From: Desulfurococcales archaeon
GTDB lineage: Archaea > Thermoproteota > Thermoprotei_A > Sulfolobales > NBVN01
DNA length: 55,875 bases
Reading direction: 5' to 3'
NCBI GenBank assembly: GCA_027083115.1
Contig: JALWQN010000084.1
Span: 1 to 55,875, forward strand
A model generated the notes under the pieces. That model had not been told where the DNA came from. It saw only the letters and a program-made list of their open reading frames with translations, and searched no databases. A program made the translations under genes and the position numbers. The first letter of the stretch is position 1. Each line of letters begins with the position of its first letter. Below are positions 28,576 through 38,093 of this stretch, in pieces.

Positions 28576-29262
28576 TTGGGGAAGCTAATCAAAAAATTAA
28601 GGGAGGTTAAAAGACCTTTACTCCAGGTTGCTCTTGATTTCACATCCATTGAAGATGCTATCAAGCTAGCTAAGAAGATCAGCGACCTACCTATTGATAT
28701 TTTTGAGGTTGGAACACCTCTAATTAAGGCTGAAGGAATGAAGGCCGTATCTGTTCTGAAGGCATTTGTTGGTTCAGAAGCACTAGTCTTGGCTGATATG
28801 AAAACTGCTGATGTTGGAGGACTGGAGGTTAAATTAGCACACGACGCGGGAGCAGACATAACTACAGTTCTTGCCTCGAGTGACGAGGAAGTCATTATGT
28901 CAGCTCTTAAAGCAGGCAAAGAGTCAGGTACTGATGTGGTTATTGATACTTTAGGGATCAGGAATGTTGCGGAGAAAGTTAGAGAGCTTACCTTTTTGGG
29001 AGTCAATACAGTGAATCTGCATATAGGAATAGATGTCCAGAAATCTAAAGGCCTGACTGCTGGAGATGTAGCAAGCAAGTACAGTAGCCTTATAAATGAG
29101 TTCAGGTTGCACTTTTCCATAAGTGGAGGCATTAAAGCCAAAGATGTGCGTAAGATAAAGAATTTAGGATTCCAAATAATTGTTGTTGGTTCAGCAATAA
29201 CTAGGTCCCCTAATCCAAGAAAGTCTGCTGAGCTCTTTATCTCAGAACTTCACAAAAATTAA
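28576..29262 (+). CDS. hps: 3-hexulose-6-phosphate synthase-like protein (OMP decarboxylase superfamily)
   Basis: LLQVALDFTSIEDAIKLAK...IFEVGTPLIKAEGMKAV...LADMKTADVGGLEVKLAHDAGADITTV is the HPS/KGPDC family pattern. Confidence 0.7.
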   Translation: MGKLIKKLREVKRPLLQVALDFTSIEDAIKLAKKISDLPIDIFEVGTPLIKAEGMKAVSVLKAFVGSEALVLADMKTADVGGLEVKLAHDAGADITTVLASSDEEVIMSALKAGKESGTDVVIDTLGIRNVAEKVRELTFLGVNTVNLHIGIDVQKSKGLTAGDVASKYSSLINEFRLHFSISGGIKAKDVRKIKNLGFQIIVVGSAITRSPNPRKSAELFISELHKN

Positions 29263-29270
29263 CGATTACA

Positions 29271-29753
29271 TTAAAATCTTCTGCGCCTTCTTCTCCTTTT
29301 AGCACCAAGCATTAATTGAGTAGCACTCTCTTCAGCCTCTATCTTAGGCCTCAGCTCCTCACAAGCCTTAATTATTTCCTCCAATTCACTATCTGAAACC
29401 TGTGTTAATTCCAAGAACTCCTTCCCTTTAGATGTTAGCCTCAACCTCCGTGAGATAGGATCTGTCTCTATTAGCCCCAAATAAAGCAGGATTCTTAAAT
29501 CGTCCGCTAAATCCCTGCTACTGGGTGTGTCTCCGATCATTATGAATTCATAACCAATATCTACTCCTTTCTCGTCCTTAATCATGTACAGAAGCTTAGT
29601 TAGCCCTCTTTCACTGATTTGAGTAAATAGATCAATTATTTTCATAAGCCTTAATTTCCTTATATCTTTCTTGACTATATCTTCAGTAACAACCTTCTTC
29701 GTAACTATACGTAGTTCTTTCCCTGTTCCCTTACCTGAACCTTTCTGCGACAC
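29271..29753 (-). CDS. Hypothetical protein with a basic N-terminus and a C-terminal KRRRRRRRF tail
   Basis: 160 aa. The central LTKLLYMIKDEKGVDIGYEFIMIGDTPSSRDLADDLRILLYLGLIE faintly resembles winged-helix / Panacea-like modules. No confident family. Confidence 0.4.
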   Translation of the reverse strand: MSQKGSGKGTGKELRIVTKKVVTEDIVKKDIRKLRLMKIIDLFTQISERGLTKLLYMIKDEKGVDIGYEFIMIGDTPSSRDLADDLRILLYLGLIETDPISRRLRLTSKGKEFLELTQVSDSELEEIIKACEELRPKIEAEESATQLMLGAKRRRRRRRF

Positions 29754-29838
29754 ATAACCACCTATTACTTCTTGCCTAGGCGTTATTTAAAGAGTTCCGC
29801 GAAAATAATATTTAACATTAAACATAATTTTTTTAGGG

Positions 29839-31212
29839 ATGCTCATGGCCGAGATAAAGGAAATTAAACCAGTAAAGAGAGAAGAATACCTCTTAACGTT
29901 ACACAGCCATATAAAAGGATTAGGTCTTGACGATAAAGGAGAGCCTTTACTTATTGGGGACGGATTAGTCGGGCAGTTAGAGGCTAGGAAAGCAGCAGGA
30001 ATAGTAGTTAACTTAATAAAGGAAGGGAAAATGGCTGGTAAAGGAATTCTTTTTGTTGGTCCGCCTGGAACAGGGAAGACAGCTCTTGCGGTAGCTATAG
30101 CAAGGGAATTAGGCGAGGATACTCCATTCGTGTCTATATACGGTGCCGAAATTTATTCTTCTGAGGCCAAGAAGACTGAAGTGCTAATGCGGGCTGTCAG
30201 GAAAGCAATGGGAGTAAAGATTAGAGAAAAACGAACGGTTTATGAGGGAGTTGTATCAAGTATTAAGTTAGCTTATGTAAGACATCCCTTCAATCCTTAC
30301 GTAAGGGTGCCTAGAGAAGCTAGAATAACCTTAGAGACTAAGGACGACACACTAACGCTAAATGTTGGTGAAGAAGTAACGTCCCAGCTCACTCAGTTAA
30401 GGGTTAGGAAAGGAGATCACATATGGATTGACGCAGAAACTGGGATAGTTCATAAGGTAGGTAGAGTTAAAGGTATTGAGAAAGCTAAGTACTACGACAT
30501 TGAGCCCACATACATAGAGTCTGAAAAACCCTCAGGACCTGTCAAGAAAGAGAAAGAAATCATTAACGTATTCACCTTTAACGACCTAGATGTATATATC
30601 GCTAGTCAGAGATTCTCCATCACGGGGCTTTTCGGTGTTGAGTTTGAGAGAGAGATTGATGAGGATGTGAGGAAATCAGTGAATTCGCAAGTTAAGAAGT
30701 GGATAGATGAAGGTAAGGCCGAAATACTTCCTGGGGTTCTATTCATAGATGACGCCCATTTACTAGATCTCGAGGCATTTTCCTTCCTTACCAAGGTGCT
30801 CGAATCAGAATTCTCACCCATACTTATTTTAGCAACTAATAGAGGAGTTACAAAAATTAGGGGTACAGATGTTGAGGCCCCTCATGGAATACCTCTAGAC
30901 CTCCTTGATAGATTACTTCTTATTCCTGTTAAGCCCTACAAGAAGGAAGAGATTAGAGAAATACTGAAGATTAGGGCTTTTGAAGAAGGTATTAAGCTTA
31001 ACTCGGAAGCGCTAAACAAACTAACTGAGCTTGGCATCCAAAGAAGTTTGAGGTATGCTGCACAACTCTTAAGGCCTGCTGCCGTCGTAGCGAAAAGGAA
31101 AGGAAAGGACGAGATCCAAGCTGACGATATAGACGAGGTATCAACCCTCTTTGTTGACACAAGAACCAGCACAGAATTAATGAAAAATTATGAGTCACTT
31201 TTTATTAAGTAA
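29839..31212 (+). CDS. RuvB-like AAA+ ATPase (TIP49 / RuvBL homologue)
   Basis: 457 aa. HSHIKGLGLD, GLVGQLEARKAAGIVV, Walker A GPPGTGKTALAVAIARELG, Walker B LFIDDAHLLD and an inserted OB-like domain II. Confidence 0.85.
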   Translation: MLMAEIKEIKPVKREEYLLTLHSHIKGLGLDDKGEPLLIGDGLVGQLEARKAAGIVVNLIKEGKMAGKGILFVGPPGTGKTALAVAIARELGEDTPFVSIYGAEIYSSEAKKTEVLMRAVRKAMGVKIREKRTVYEGVVSSIKLAYVRHPFNPYVRVPREARITLETKDDTLTLNVGEEVTSQLTQLRVRKGDHIWIDAETGIVHKVGRVKGIEKAKYYDIEPTYIESEKPSGPVKKEKEIINVFTFNDLDVYIASQRFSITGLFGVEFEREIDEDVRKSVNSQVKKWIDEGKAEILPGVLFIDDAHLLDLEAFSFLTKVLESEFSPILILATNRGVTKIRGTDVEAPHGIPLDLLDRLLLIPVKPYKKEEIREILKIRAFEEGIKLNSEALNKLTELGIQRSLRYAAQLLRPAAVVAKRKGKDEIQADDIDEVSTLFVDTRTSTELMKNYESLFIK

Positions 31213-31534
31213 TTTCCTCCTTACTTTCTTCACCACCAGCCAGTAAAGGCAGAAGAAGGGTTGGGTCACTGATCTCTATTTCCTCACCACCTCGGCCACT
31301 ATCGCTAATCACTAAAGTAATTACTAAATAACTACCTATTTTTGTTGCCTTAACTTTTTTGACCCTCATTTTCGTAACTGAATCAAAATCATTTAAGTTA
31401 CTGGAGGCTTCTGCACCCCTTAATTTATCCCTAACTAACTTATTTCGTACTTTAGTGGCTAAATATTGGTCATATCCTGTGATAGCTAAGCCTGCCAAAA
31501 CAACTGTAACAACTAATAGGAGCGCTTCAAGCAT
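31205..31534 (-). CDS. Hypothetical small membrane-anchored protein
   Basis: 109 aa. One N-terminal TM helix (MLEALLLVVTVVLAGLAITGY). GGTG-N5-ATG. Confidence 0.4.
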   Translation of the reverse strand: MLEALLLVVTVVLAGLAITGYDQYLATKVRNKLVRDKLRGAEASSNLNDFDSVTKMRVKKVKATKIGSYLVITLVISDSGRGGEEIEISDPTLLLPLLAGGEESKEEIT

Positions 31535-31614
31535 GAACCCACCTGTTGAGGAACTTAAGAAGCGTTTGCTTAAAACTCCTCAACCCCAATATAACAAAAA
31601 AGAAAAGAGGCTAG

Positions 31615-32016
31615 TTAAGCCGTAGGGTTGTATTTCTTAAGTATTTTCTGAAAGAGCTCGGGATACTTATCCTTATACGTCAAAACAAAATCACGCTCTC
31701 TTGCCTTAATCCTGGGATGGCTTCTCATTTTATCCGGGTACATTAAGGGGATACCTTCAATTATCGGGTACCACCTTCCGCATTTAGGACAAACTAAAAG
31801 GCCAGCCTTTATTTCCTTCCTCAAGCATTCATCGCACGGCAGTTCTTCATTATTTATGTCTCTAATGTACTTCCGTAAGTAACCACAGTAGTAATCGCAG
31901 AACGGCTTCTTAATCTCGAACTTCCTTGACTCCTCCCTTGCTTCAAATACATGTAGTTCTAGAGGGAAGTGCTTACACATAGGGCACGCAAGCAAATTGA
32001 GTAATGCATACCTCAT
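31615..32016 (-). CDS. Trm112-family zinc-ribbon protein with a Cys-rich insertion
   Basis: LLNLLACPMCKHFPLEL ... GLLVCPKCGRWYPIIEGIPLMYPD are the Trm112/DUF343 hallmarks. ATGA overlap with the upstream glmM-like gene. Confidence 0.65.
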   Translation of the reverse strand: MRYALLNLLACPMCKHFPLELHVFEAREESRKFEIKKPFCDYYCGYLRKYIRDINNEELPCDECLRKEIKAGLLVCPKCGRWYPIIEGIPLMYPDKMRSHPRIKARERDFVLTYKDKYPELFQKILKKYNPTA

Positions 32017-33386
32017 TTCAACACCTGCTTAACACAATTCAAGACAGAATTAAGTAGTTTCTCCATTTTCTCTTTATCAGCCGCCTCAACAAAGACCCTC
32101 AGAACTGGTTCGGTGCCCGATGGACGAACGAGGAACCAATAATCTTTGCCGATAACCTTAATTCCATCAACAGTAATTACCCTCTGATCCCCAAAAACTT
32201 GTTGAAGCGCCTCATTAACCTTATTTAAGTCTACGCCCGGCTTAAGAGGCACTTTAGTCTTAATTGAGTACCTTCTGGGAAGCTTAAGCACTTCCTCCCT
32301 TAATGAAGTGCCGTTCATAGCTAGGTACTCAAGCATTAAAGCAATGGACATGGCTCCATCACGAACGTACTGATGCGGGGGGAACATGAAACCTCCGTTT
32401 TCTTCGAAGCCGGCCATAGCACCTATCTCCATCATTTTCCTAGCTATTCCTACACTACCTACCTTAGTCCAAACTATTTCAATACCGTAATCTCGAAGAG
32501 CATCTTCTATTATAGTTGATGAGGATACAGCAGTAACCACTCTTTTAGGTAAGTTATCCCTCCTATCTAAAGCTAGGTGCTTACATAGAAGTACAGCAGT
32601 CCTGTCGCCTGAGATTACCTCACCATCGCTATCAACATAGATAGCCCTATCGGCATCGCCATCGTGAGCAACACCAAAGTCTGCACCCCAAACCCTTACT
32701 GCCGACGACAAGTTCTTAAGGGATTCTGGGGTAGGTTCAGGAGCTCTGTTAGGTATGTGAGATATATCCGTGTTTATGGTGTATATCTTTACGCCTAATC
32801 TTCTTAGTAATTTAGGTGTAGATAGTGAACCAACGCTATTCGCTCCATCAACCACTACTTTAAATCCAGTCTTCCTAATTACCTCAGCATCAACTTTCTC
32901 TATCACACCATTAATGTAGTAATCAATTACATCATATACCCTGAAGGAATCATACCCTAAAGACCTCCAGTCAGTTCTTAGGTATTTCTTCTCCCAAAAA
33001 ATTTCCTCGATTTCTTTCTCAACATTTCTTGGTGCCTCAACGCCATCACCCATAATCACTTTAATTCCACTGTATTCAGGCGGATTATGGGATGCAGTTA
33101 TCATTATGCCTCCATCAAAACCATTTTCTTTTATATAGTACTGGAGAGCGGGAATAGGGATGAGACCGGCATCATAGACCTTAAGGCCTTCAGAAAGTAA
33201 AGTGCCTATAACTACATGTCTTATGAAGTAGCTGCCAGCTCTAGCATCCATTCCAACTAAGAGACGCGAACCTTTACCAAAGAAGGTCCCTATAGCCCCG
33301 GAAAGCCTGACCACAAACTCTGGGTTCATGAAATCATTAGTTATTCCTCTAACACCATCTGTGCCGAAAAGCCTATTACTAATCAT
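32013..33386 (-). CDS. glmM: Phosphoglucosamine mutase / phosphomannomutase family enzyme
   Basis: FGTDGVRG, phosphoserine loop TASHNPPEYSGIK and metal site HDGDADR. Confidence 0.85.
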   Translation of the reverse strand: MISNRLFGTDGVRGITNDFMNPEFVVRLSGAIGTFFGKGSRLLVGMDARAGSYFIRHVVIGTLLSEGLKVYDAGLIPIPALQYYIKENGFDGGIMITASHNPPEYSGIKVIMGDGVEAPRNVEKEIEEIFWEKKYLRTDWRSLGYDSFRVYDVIDYYINGVIEKVDAEVIRKTGFKVVVDGANSVGSLSTPKLLRRLGVKIYTINTDISHIPNRAPEPTPESLKNLSSAVRVWGADFGVAHDGDADRAIYVDSDGEVISGDRTAVLLCKHLALDRRDNLPKRVVTAVSSSTIIEDALRDYGIEIVWTKVGSVGIARKMMEIGAMAGFEENGGFMFPPHQYVRDGAMSIALMLEYLAMNGTSLREEVLKLPRRYSIKTKVPLKPGVDLNKVNEALQQVFGDQRVITVDGIKVIGKDYWFLVRPSGTEPVLRVFVEAADKEKMEKLLNSVLNCVKQVLK

Positions 33387-33598
33387 TTAATTCACCCTAG
33401 GTATTCTACTTGAGCAAGGATTTAATGTTAATATCCTCGAATGCAAAACTCATAACAATAGGGCGGAGGTGACTTCAGATAAAGATATGGCTTGATGCCT
33501 TAACGTCAAAGCAAGCAACCCTTTTTGGATTTATAGCGAAGGAATTAATTAAGGCGGGACACTACGTAGTAATCACCTGCAGAGAGTACGAGTATACT

Positions 33599-34537
33599 GT
33601 GGGGGCGCTCAGGAGACTAGGGATTGAACCCAAGGTCATTGGAGAGTATTCTGAAGGCAGCCCAATAAGTAAGGTTGAAGCAGACATAGCAAGAATGAAG
33701 GGCCTCCTCCAGATATTTAAGGAAGAAAAGCCTGAGGTCTTAATTGCTTATCCTAATCCTCCTGCAGCAAGAGTAGCTTTCGGCGTAAGGTTACCTTACA
33801 TAGCCATTACGGACTCTCCTCATTCTGAGTTGCCAAGCAGGCTTTCACTACCTTTAGCATCAGCAGTTATTTTCTCTAACTGTATCCCGCACTATGAAAT
33901 TAGAAAATTTATCTATGACCCTAAAACAACTTTAAGGTCTTATGGCGGCGTTGATGAGGTGACATGGCTCCTGAGAACTAAACCCGATTTAAGGTATATA
34001 AGAGATTTAGGGCTTACTGAATGGAGTTACATAGTTATAAGGCCTCATGAGCACCTAGCGACTTACTATGAGGGCTTACGGCCCAAAGTGAACTTAAGCA
34101 AAATCGTGGAGGAGCTAAGCAAAAACGGCATAACGGCAGTCATAATACCTAGGTATAAAGACCATTACTTATTTGCCGAAAAGATGAGGGAGAAAGGATT
34201 AAGGATTAAGCTTATTCAGGGAATGTATGATGGTGTTAGCCTAACTTACTACGCAAGAAGCGTAGTTACTGGCGGATCAACGCTTGCTAGGGAAGCTGCT
34301 TTGCTTAGAACTCCCGGGATAATCTACTTCCCTACTAAATTGTATGTTAATGAATGTGTATTCAAGAAAGGCTATCCATTATTTATTGCCTCAACAACTG
34401 GTGAGGTTCTTGATTTAATAAACAAATCACCAACAAAGAAGAAAGAAAGACATTCCGACATAATCAAGAAGCTTAAACGTGATTTTGAGGACATAGTACC
34501 TATACTACTTGAATCTATAGAGGCCCTGAAGAATTGA
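33599..34537 (+). CDS. DUF354 family protein (UDP-GlcNAc 2-epimerase / GT-B-like fold). The true N-terminus probably starts at ATA 33479.
   Basis: The ORF track starts at GTG 33599. The in-frame upstream 40 codons (IKIWLDALTSKQATLFGFIAKELIKAGHYVVITCREYEYT) look like the conserved MKIWIDxxTPKQ..F......L...GHEV.IT.R N-terminus of DUF354 proteins (from memory) and are preceded by GGAGGTGA. Confidence 0.6.
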   Translation: MGALRRLGIEPKVIGEYSEGSPISKVEADIARMKGLLQIFKEEKPEVLIAYPNPPAARVAFGVRLPYIAITDSPHSELPSRLSLPLASAVIFSNCIPHYEIRKFIYDPKTTLRSYGGVDEVTWLLRTKPDLRYIRDLGLTEWSYIVIRPHEHLATYYEGLRPKVNLSKIVEELSKNGITAVIIPRYKDHYLFAEKMREKGLRIKLIQGMYDGVSLTYYARSVVTGGSTLAREAALLRTPGIIYFPTKLYVNECVFKKGYPLFIASTTGEVLDLINKSPTKKKERHSDIIKKLKRDFEDIVPILLESIEALKN

Positions 34538-35373
34538 AGGTTTTGTACTCTATCTGGCTGAAGGATTTAAATAATGCGGGAGAGCTCCTGAAAGCAATTA
34601 AGAAAGCTGGCTTTACTGGCGTTGAATTAAGTGTTGATTATCCTTTATGTCACGATATGGAAGTTCCTGGAGCTTTCCTGACCGAGCTAAGAAGGAGAGG
34701 ATACGTATACAGTTTTCATTTACCTTGGAGGGACTTGGCTCTATCTTCCCCGATTGAAGAACTAAGAAGGTCTTCCGTCAAGGAAATCTCAAGATGCGTT
34801 AAGGAATTGCAGGCCTTTAAACCCGAATATTTCGTGATTCATTTAACCACAAACCAAGCGTTCTGCGGCTATAGAGACAGGAAATGTATACAGGCAGGAA
34901 TCAATTCGTTAAATGAATTACTTCCCCTAGCGAAGAACGCTGGCGTTCCTTTAGAAATCGAGACCACCACCGATCGCTGCTGCGGGGATGAAGAACATCT
35001 TCCACAAATCCTTACGCAGTTAAAGGACCCTGAATTAGGGGTTTGTCTAGATCCTCCTCACATTATTGAACGAAGACTTAAGAAATGGAGGGAAACTTAC
35101 GATTTAAGCGAGGTCTTAAGGGATCAAGCTCCGGAACTAATGGAAAGAACACAAGTAGTTCACGTACATGGATATAGCTCTGAAAACGGGGTCCTTCGAA
35201 GCCATCTCTTTCCTGACGAGAGTTATGTGGAGACAATTATTAACCAATTAAAAGAAATGAATGTTTTAAGGAGTGTGAAAAGCTTTGTTATTGAAGCCTT
35301 TCACAAGGGAGATCTAAGTAAGGACGTACCTAGTCTGAGGCGTGTGGTGAAGGTGATTAAAGATGCTGAATAA
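34534..35373 (+). CDS. Sugar phosphate isomerase/epimerase (xylose isomerase-like TIM barrel)
   Basis: 279 aa. AGFTGVELSVDYP, FVIHL, IETT, VHVHG pattern of the AP endonuclease 2 / xylose isomerase-like TIM family. TTGA overlap with the DUF354 gene. Confidence 0.5.
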   Translation: MKVLYSIWLKDLNNAGELLKAIKKAGFTGVELSVDYPLCHDMEVPGAFLTELRRRGYVYSFHLPWRDLALSSPIEELRRSSVKEISRCVKELQAFKPEYFVIHLTTNQAFCGYRDRKCIQAGINSLNELLPLAKNAGVPLEIETTTDRCCGDEEHLPQILTQLKDPELGVCLDPPHIIERRLKKWRETYDLSEVLRDQAPELMERTQVVHVHGYSSENGVLRSHLFPDESYVETIINQLKEMNVLRSVKSFVIEAFHKGDLSKDVPSLRRVVKVIKDAE

Positions 35374-36064
35374 TAAAGAGTGCTATGTTGTAGGAATAGA
35401 TGAAGCCGGAAGAGGACCGCTCATAGGAGATATGTTTATTGCTGGAATAGTTTTGTCTAAGAATACATTAAATAAATTATCAGTTATGGGGGTTAAAGAC
35501 AGCAAAAAATTAAGTCCCTCCAGAAGGAAAGAATTGTTCCCTAAAATAATCTCAGTTGCTAAAGCAATTATGGTTCTTCGCTATGGACCTCAACTAATAG
35601 ATAAGATAAACCTTACTTCCTTAACTCTAAAAGGATTCATAAACATATTGGCTAGCGTAAGGAAGATGGGTTTATGCGTAGAAAGAGTCTACATAGATGC
35701 TATTAATTCTCGCCAAGCACCCAATATCATCAGGAAATATATGCCTAAAGGCTCCAAACTAACTTACGAGATTAAGGCAGACGAAAAATATGTCGCTGTT
35801 AGTGCAGCATCAATTATTGCTAAATACTTAAGGGATACACATGTTGAATTAATGAGGAATTATTACGGAGATTTCGGCAGTGGATATCCCTCAGACCCCA
35901 AAACCATTAAGTGGCTGGAAGGCGTCCTACTAAACAATAACATCAATGAACTCCCTCCTATAGTTAGGAGATCATGGAAAACCCTGAGAAAGTTCCTTAC
36001 TGAAGGCACTATGATCAATTCCGAGAAAACACTCTTAGACTGGAGTAAGGAATCCCTTCACTAA
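35363..36064 (+). CDS. rnhB: Ribonuclease HII
   Basis: VVGIDEAGRGPLIGDMFIAG, VKDSKKLS, YIDAINS, AASIIAK. GGTGA-N6-ATG. Confidence 0.9.
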   Translation: MLNNKECYVVGIDEAGRGPLIGDMFIAGIVLSKNTLNKLSVMGVKDSKKLSPSRRKELFPKIISVAKAIMVLRYGPQLIDKINLTSLTLKGFINILASVRKMGLCVERVYIDAINSRQAPNIIRKYMPKGSKLTYEIKADEKYVAVSAASIIAKYLRDTHVELMRNYYGDFGSGYPSDPKTIKWLEGVLLNNNINELPPIVRRSWKTLRKFLTEGTMINSEKTLLDWSKESLH

Positions 36065-36083
36065 CTTTCGTTAGGTGTTAAGT

Positions 36084-37280
36084 ATGCCAACAAACCTACC
36101 GCCAGAAGCCAGAGCTAAGTGGGCAAAATACTTAGAGGCGAGAACGCCTGAAGAGAAACTAACAGCCCTTCAAGAGTATTTGTCTGCCATACCTAAACAT
36201 AAAGGTACTGAAAATCTTCGTGCGTGGGTAAGAAAAAAGATCGCCGAATTAAGAGAAGAGATAGAAGAAAAGAAAGCTAGGAGAGCGGGGACAGGCGGTC
36301 CCTCTTTCTTCATAGAGAAGGAAGGAGCTGCTCAAGCTATTATGTTAGGACTCCCGAACTCAGGAAAGAGTTCTTTGCTTAAGAAGCTGACGAACGCAAA
36401 ACCGAAAATAAGCAATATTCCCTACACAACCAAGTTCCCCGTACCAGGCATGCTGACTTATGAAGATATTCAAATCCAACTTGTTGAGGCGCCAAGCATT
36501 ATTGAGAGGATCTCCCAAGGAAGTATCTGGTGGGGCTCAAGAGTTCTTGGCCTAGCCAGAAACGCTGATGCCTTAGTTATCGTATTGGATTCCTCCCAAA
36601 ACCCTATAAAGCAAGCGAAAATCATAAGGTATGAGTTGGGTCAAGCAGGAATTTACTTAACTAAGCCTAAAGGGTTAGTAAAGATAAATAAAAGCAAAGC
36701 CATTCACGGTATAAAGATAACTCTTTCCGGAAAAATTACTGATGCCACAATAAAAGAACTTAAGGAGCTCCTTAAGAGCTACAAAATCACGAATGTCGAG
36801 GTCAAGATCTTTGGTGAAGTAACTTTAGAGGAAATTGAGAAGGCCTTATTTGAAAAAATTACTTACAAGCCATCCGTGGCTTTATTAAATAAGGTAGACT
36901 TACTCACGGAAGAAGAGATTAAGGAAGGAATTACTGGTTTGAATCAGTTATTACCTAATGTTAAAGTAATTCCCGTGTCAGCGGTTAGTGGGTATGGCTT
37001 AGGTCAGGTCTCCCGGTCTCTTTTTAATGCACTCGGGATAATTAGGGTTTACACTAAGGAGCCAAACTCATCCCTACCCTCCAAAAAACCTCTTATACTT
37101 AAGGAAGGAGCAACGGTTGCAGACGCAATTAAGAAAATCAGAGAGGAGTACCTACGTTTCTTTAAATACGCTAGGATCTGGGGTCCTTCAGCTAAATATG
37201 CTGGTGAAAGAGTAGGCTTAGATCACGTGCTTAAGGATAAAGACATTATTGAGATAAGAACTAAAATAAAGGGCATATGA
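36084..37280 (+). CDS. DRG/Rbg-type OBG-family GTPase with a C-terminal TGS domain
   Basis: G1 GLPNSGKSSLLKKLT, G2 YTT, G4 NKVD and TGS IRVYTKEP...PLILKEGATVADAIKKI. Start placed at ATG 36084 (TAGGTG-N6-ATG). The ORF-track GTG at 36075 lies in the SD. Confidence 0.85.
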   Translation: MPTNLPPEARAKWAKYLEARTPEEKLTALQEYLSAIPKHKGTENLRAWVRKKIAELREEIEEKKARRAGTGGPSFFIEKEGAAQAIMLGLPNSGKSSLLKKLTNAKPKISNIPYTTKFPVPGMLTYEDIQIQLVEAPSIIERISQGSIWWGSRVLGLARNADALVIVLDSSQNPIKQAKIIRYELGQAGIYLTKPKGLVKINKSKAIHGIKITLSGKITDATIKELKELLKSYKITNVEVKIFGEVTLEEIEKALFEKITYKPSVALLNKVDLLTEEEIKEGITGLNQLLPNVKVIPVSAVSGYGLGQVSRSLFNALGIIRVYTKEPNSSLPSKKPLILKEGATVADAIKKIREEYLRFFKYARIWGPSAKYAGERVGLDHVLKDKDIIEIRTKIKGI

Positions 37281-37286
37281 CCTCAG

Positions 37287-38093
37287 GTGATTAAAATAGG
37301 GAAAACAAAAAAGAAGGCGACACGCCATAAGAAGAAAAAAGAGAGAACTGAGCGAGCTAAGAGAAGAGAAATAAATGTTGAGGCTTGGGTAGATAGACAT
37401 CTTGAGGAGTTCGTAACTCTTAGCGGCCTGGACATGCTAGGATTAAGCATAAAGACGTATAAGGAAATACTTAGTGACATCTTAATCCAGCTATTCGGCT
37501 CCACAACTTCTTACACTAACGTGAAAACCCTAGTAAAAAGATACATTAGGAACAAACGCAAACTAGATCAAGTGATTGCTACAAGGATTGCTTCCCTGCT
37601 AGAGAGTTTCAGCAATGAACAACTTGAATACATAGTTTACAATATCGGCGACTCAATTCTTTACTTGGCGTCTAAACTATATTCAGCAGCTAAGGAAGCT
37701 GGTCGAGAAGACCTAATAAGTATCATAAGAAGCAAGTGGAACTTTTCTTGGGTAAAGAATAAAACTAAAATATTGCCTGTACCCTGCCCTAAATGCGGCT
37801 TCAACTCCCTCACACCAGACTTGGTTTGTATGGTGTGTGGAGCTACAGTAACTGAAAAAGAATTGAAAGAATATATTGGTTTCACTCAACTCCTAAAGGA
37901 GCTTACTGAAGACTTAGGCTGTGATGACCTAAATAAACTGAGCAAATACGATTATGTTTTACTTGAAGACTCAAAAGTTAAGGTACCTTGGAACGAAAAG
38001 CAGCCCCTAGATATCGAAATTTATTTGTCTTCACGAGAAAAGAACTTAATTAATGAGGAACTAAAGAAAAAATGTAGGCAGAAGCAGACATGA
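37287..38093 (+). CDS. Hypothetical protein with a highly basic N-terminus and a zinc ribbon (CPKCG...CMVCG)
   Basis: 268 aa in an operon with the DRG GTPase. The start is either GTG 37287 (inside AGGTGA) or the in-frame ATA 37296 at GGTG-N6. Confidence 0.45.
   Translation: MIKIGKTKKKATRHKKKKERTERAKRREINVEAWVDRHLEEFVTLSGLDMLGLSIKTYKEILSDILIQLFGSTTSYTNVKTLVKRYIRNKRKLDQVIATRIASLLESFSNEQLEYIVYNIGDSILYLASKLYSAAKEAGREDLISIIRSKWNFSWVKNKTKILPVPCPKCGFNSLTPDLVCMVCGATVTEKELKEYIGFTQLLKELTEDLGCDDLNKLSKYDYVLLEDSKVKVPWNEKQPLDIEIYLSSREKNLINEELKKKCRQKQT

Noticed and set aside
28539-29141. 200-aa minus-strand ORF antisense to the HPS-like gene
   Set aside because: The product is Ser/Thr/Pro/Leu-rich and motif-free, as expected for a shadow ORF. 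The plus-strand frame carries a clear HPS / OMP-decarboxylase family signature (LLQVALD...LADMKTADVG).
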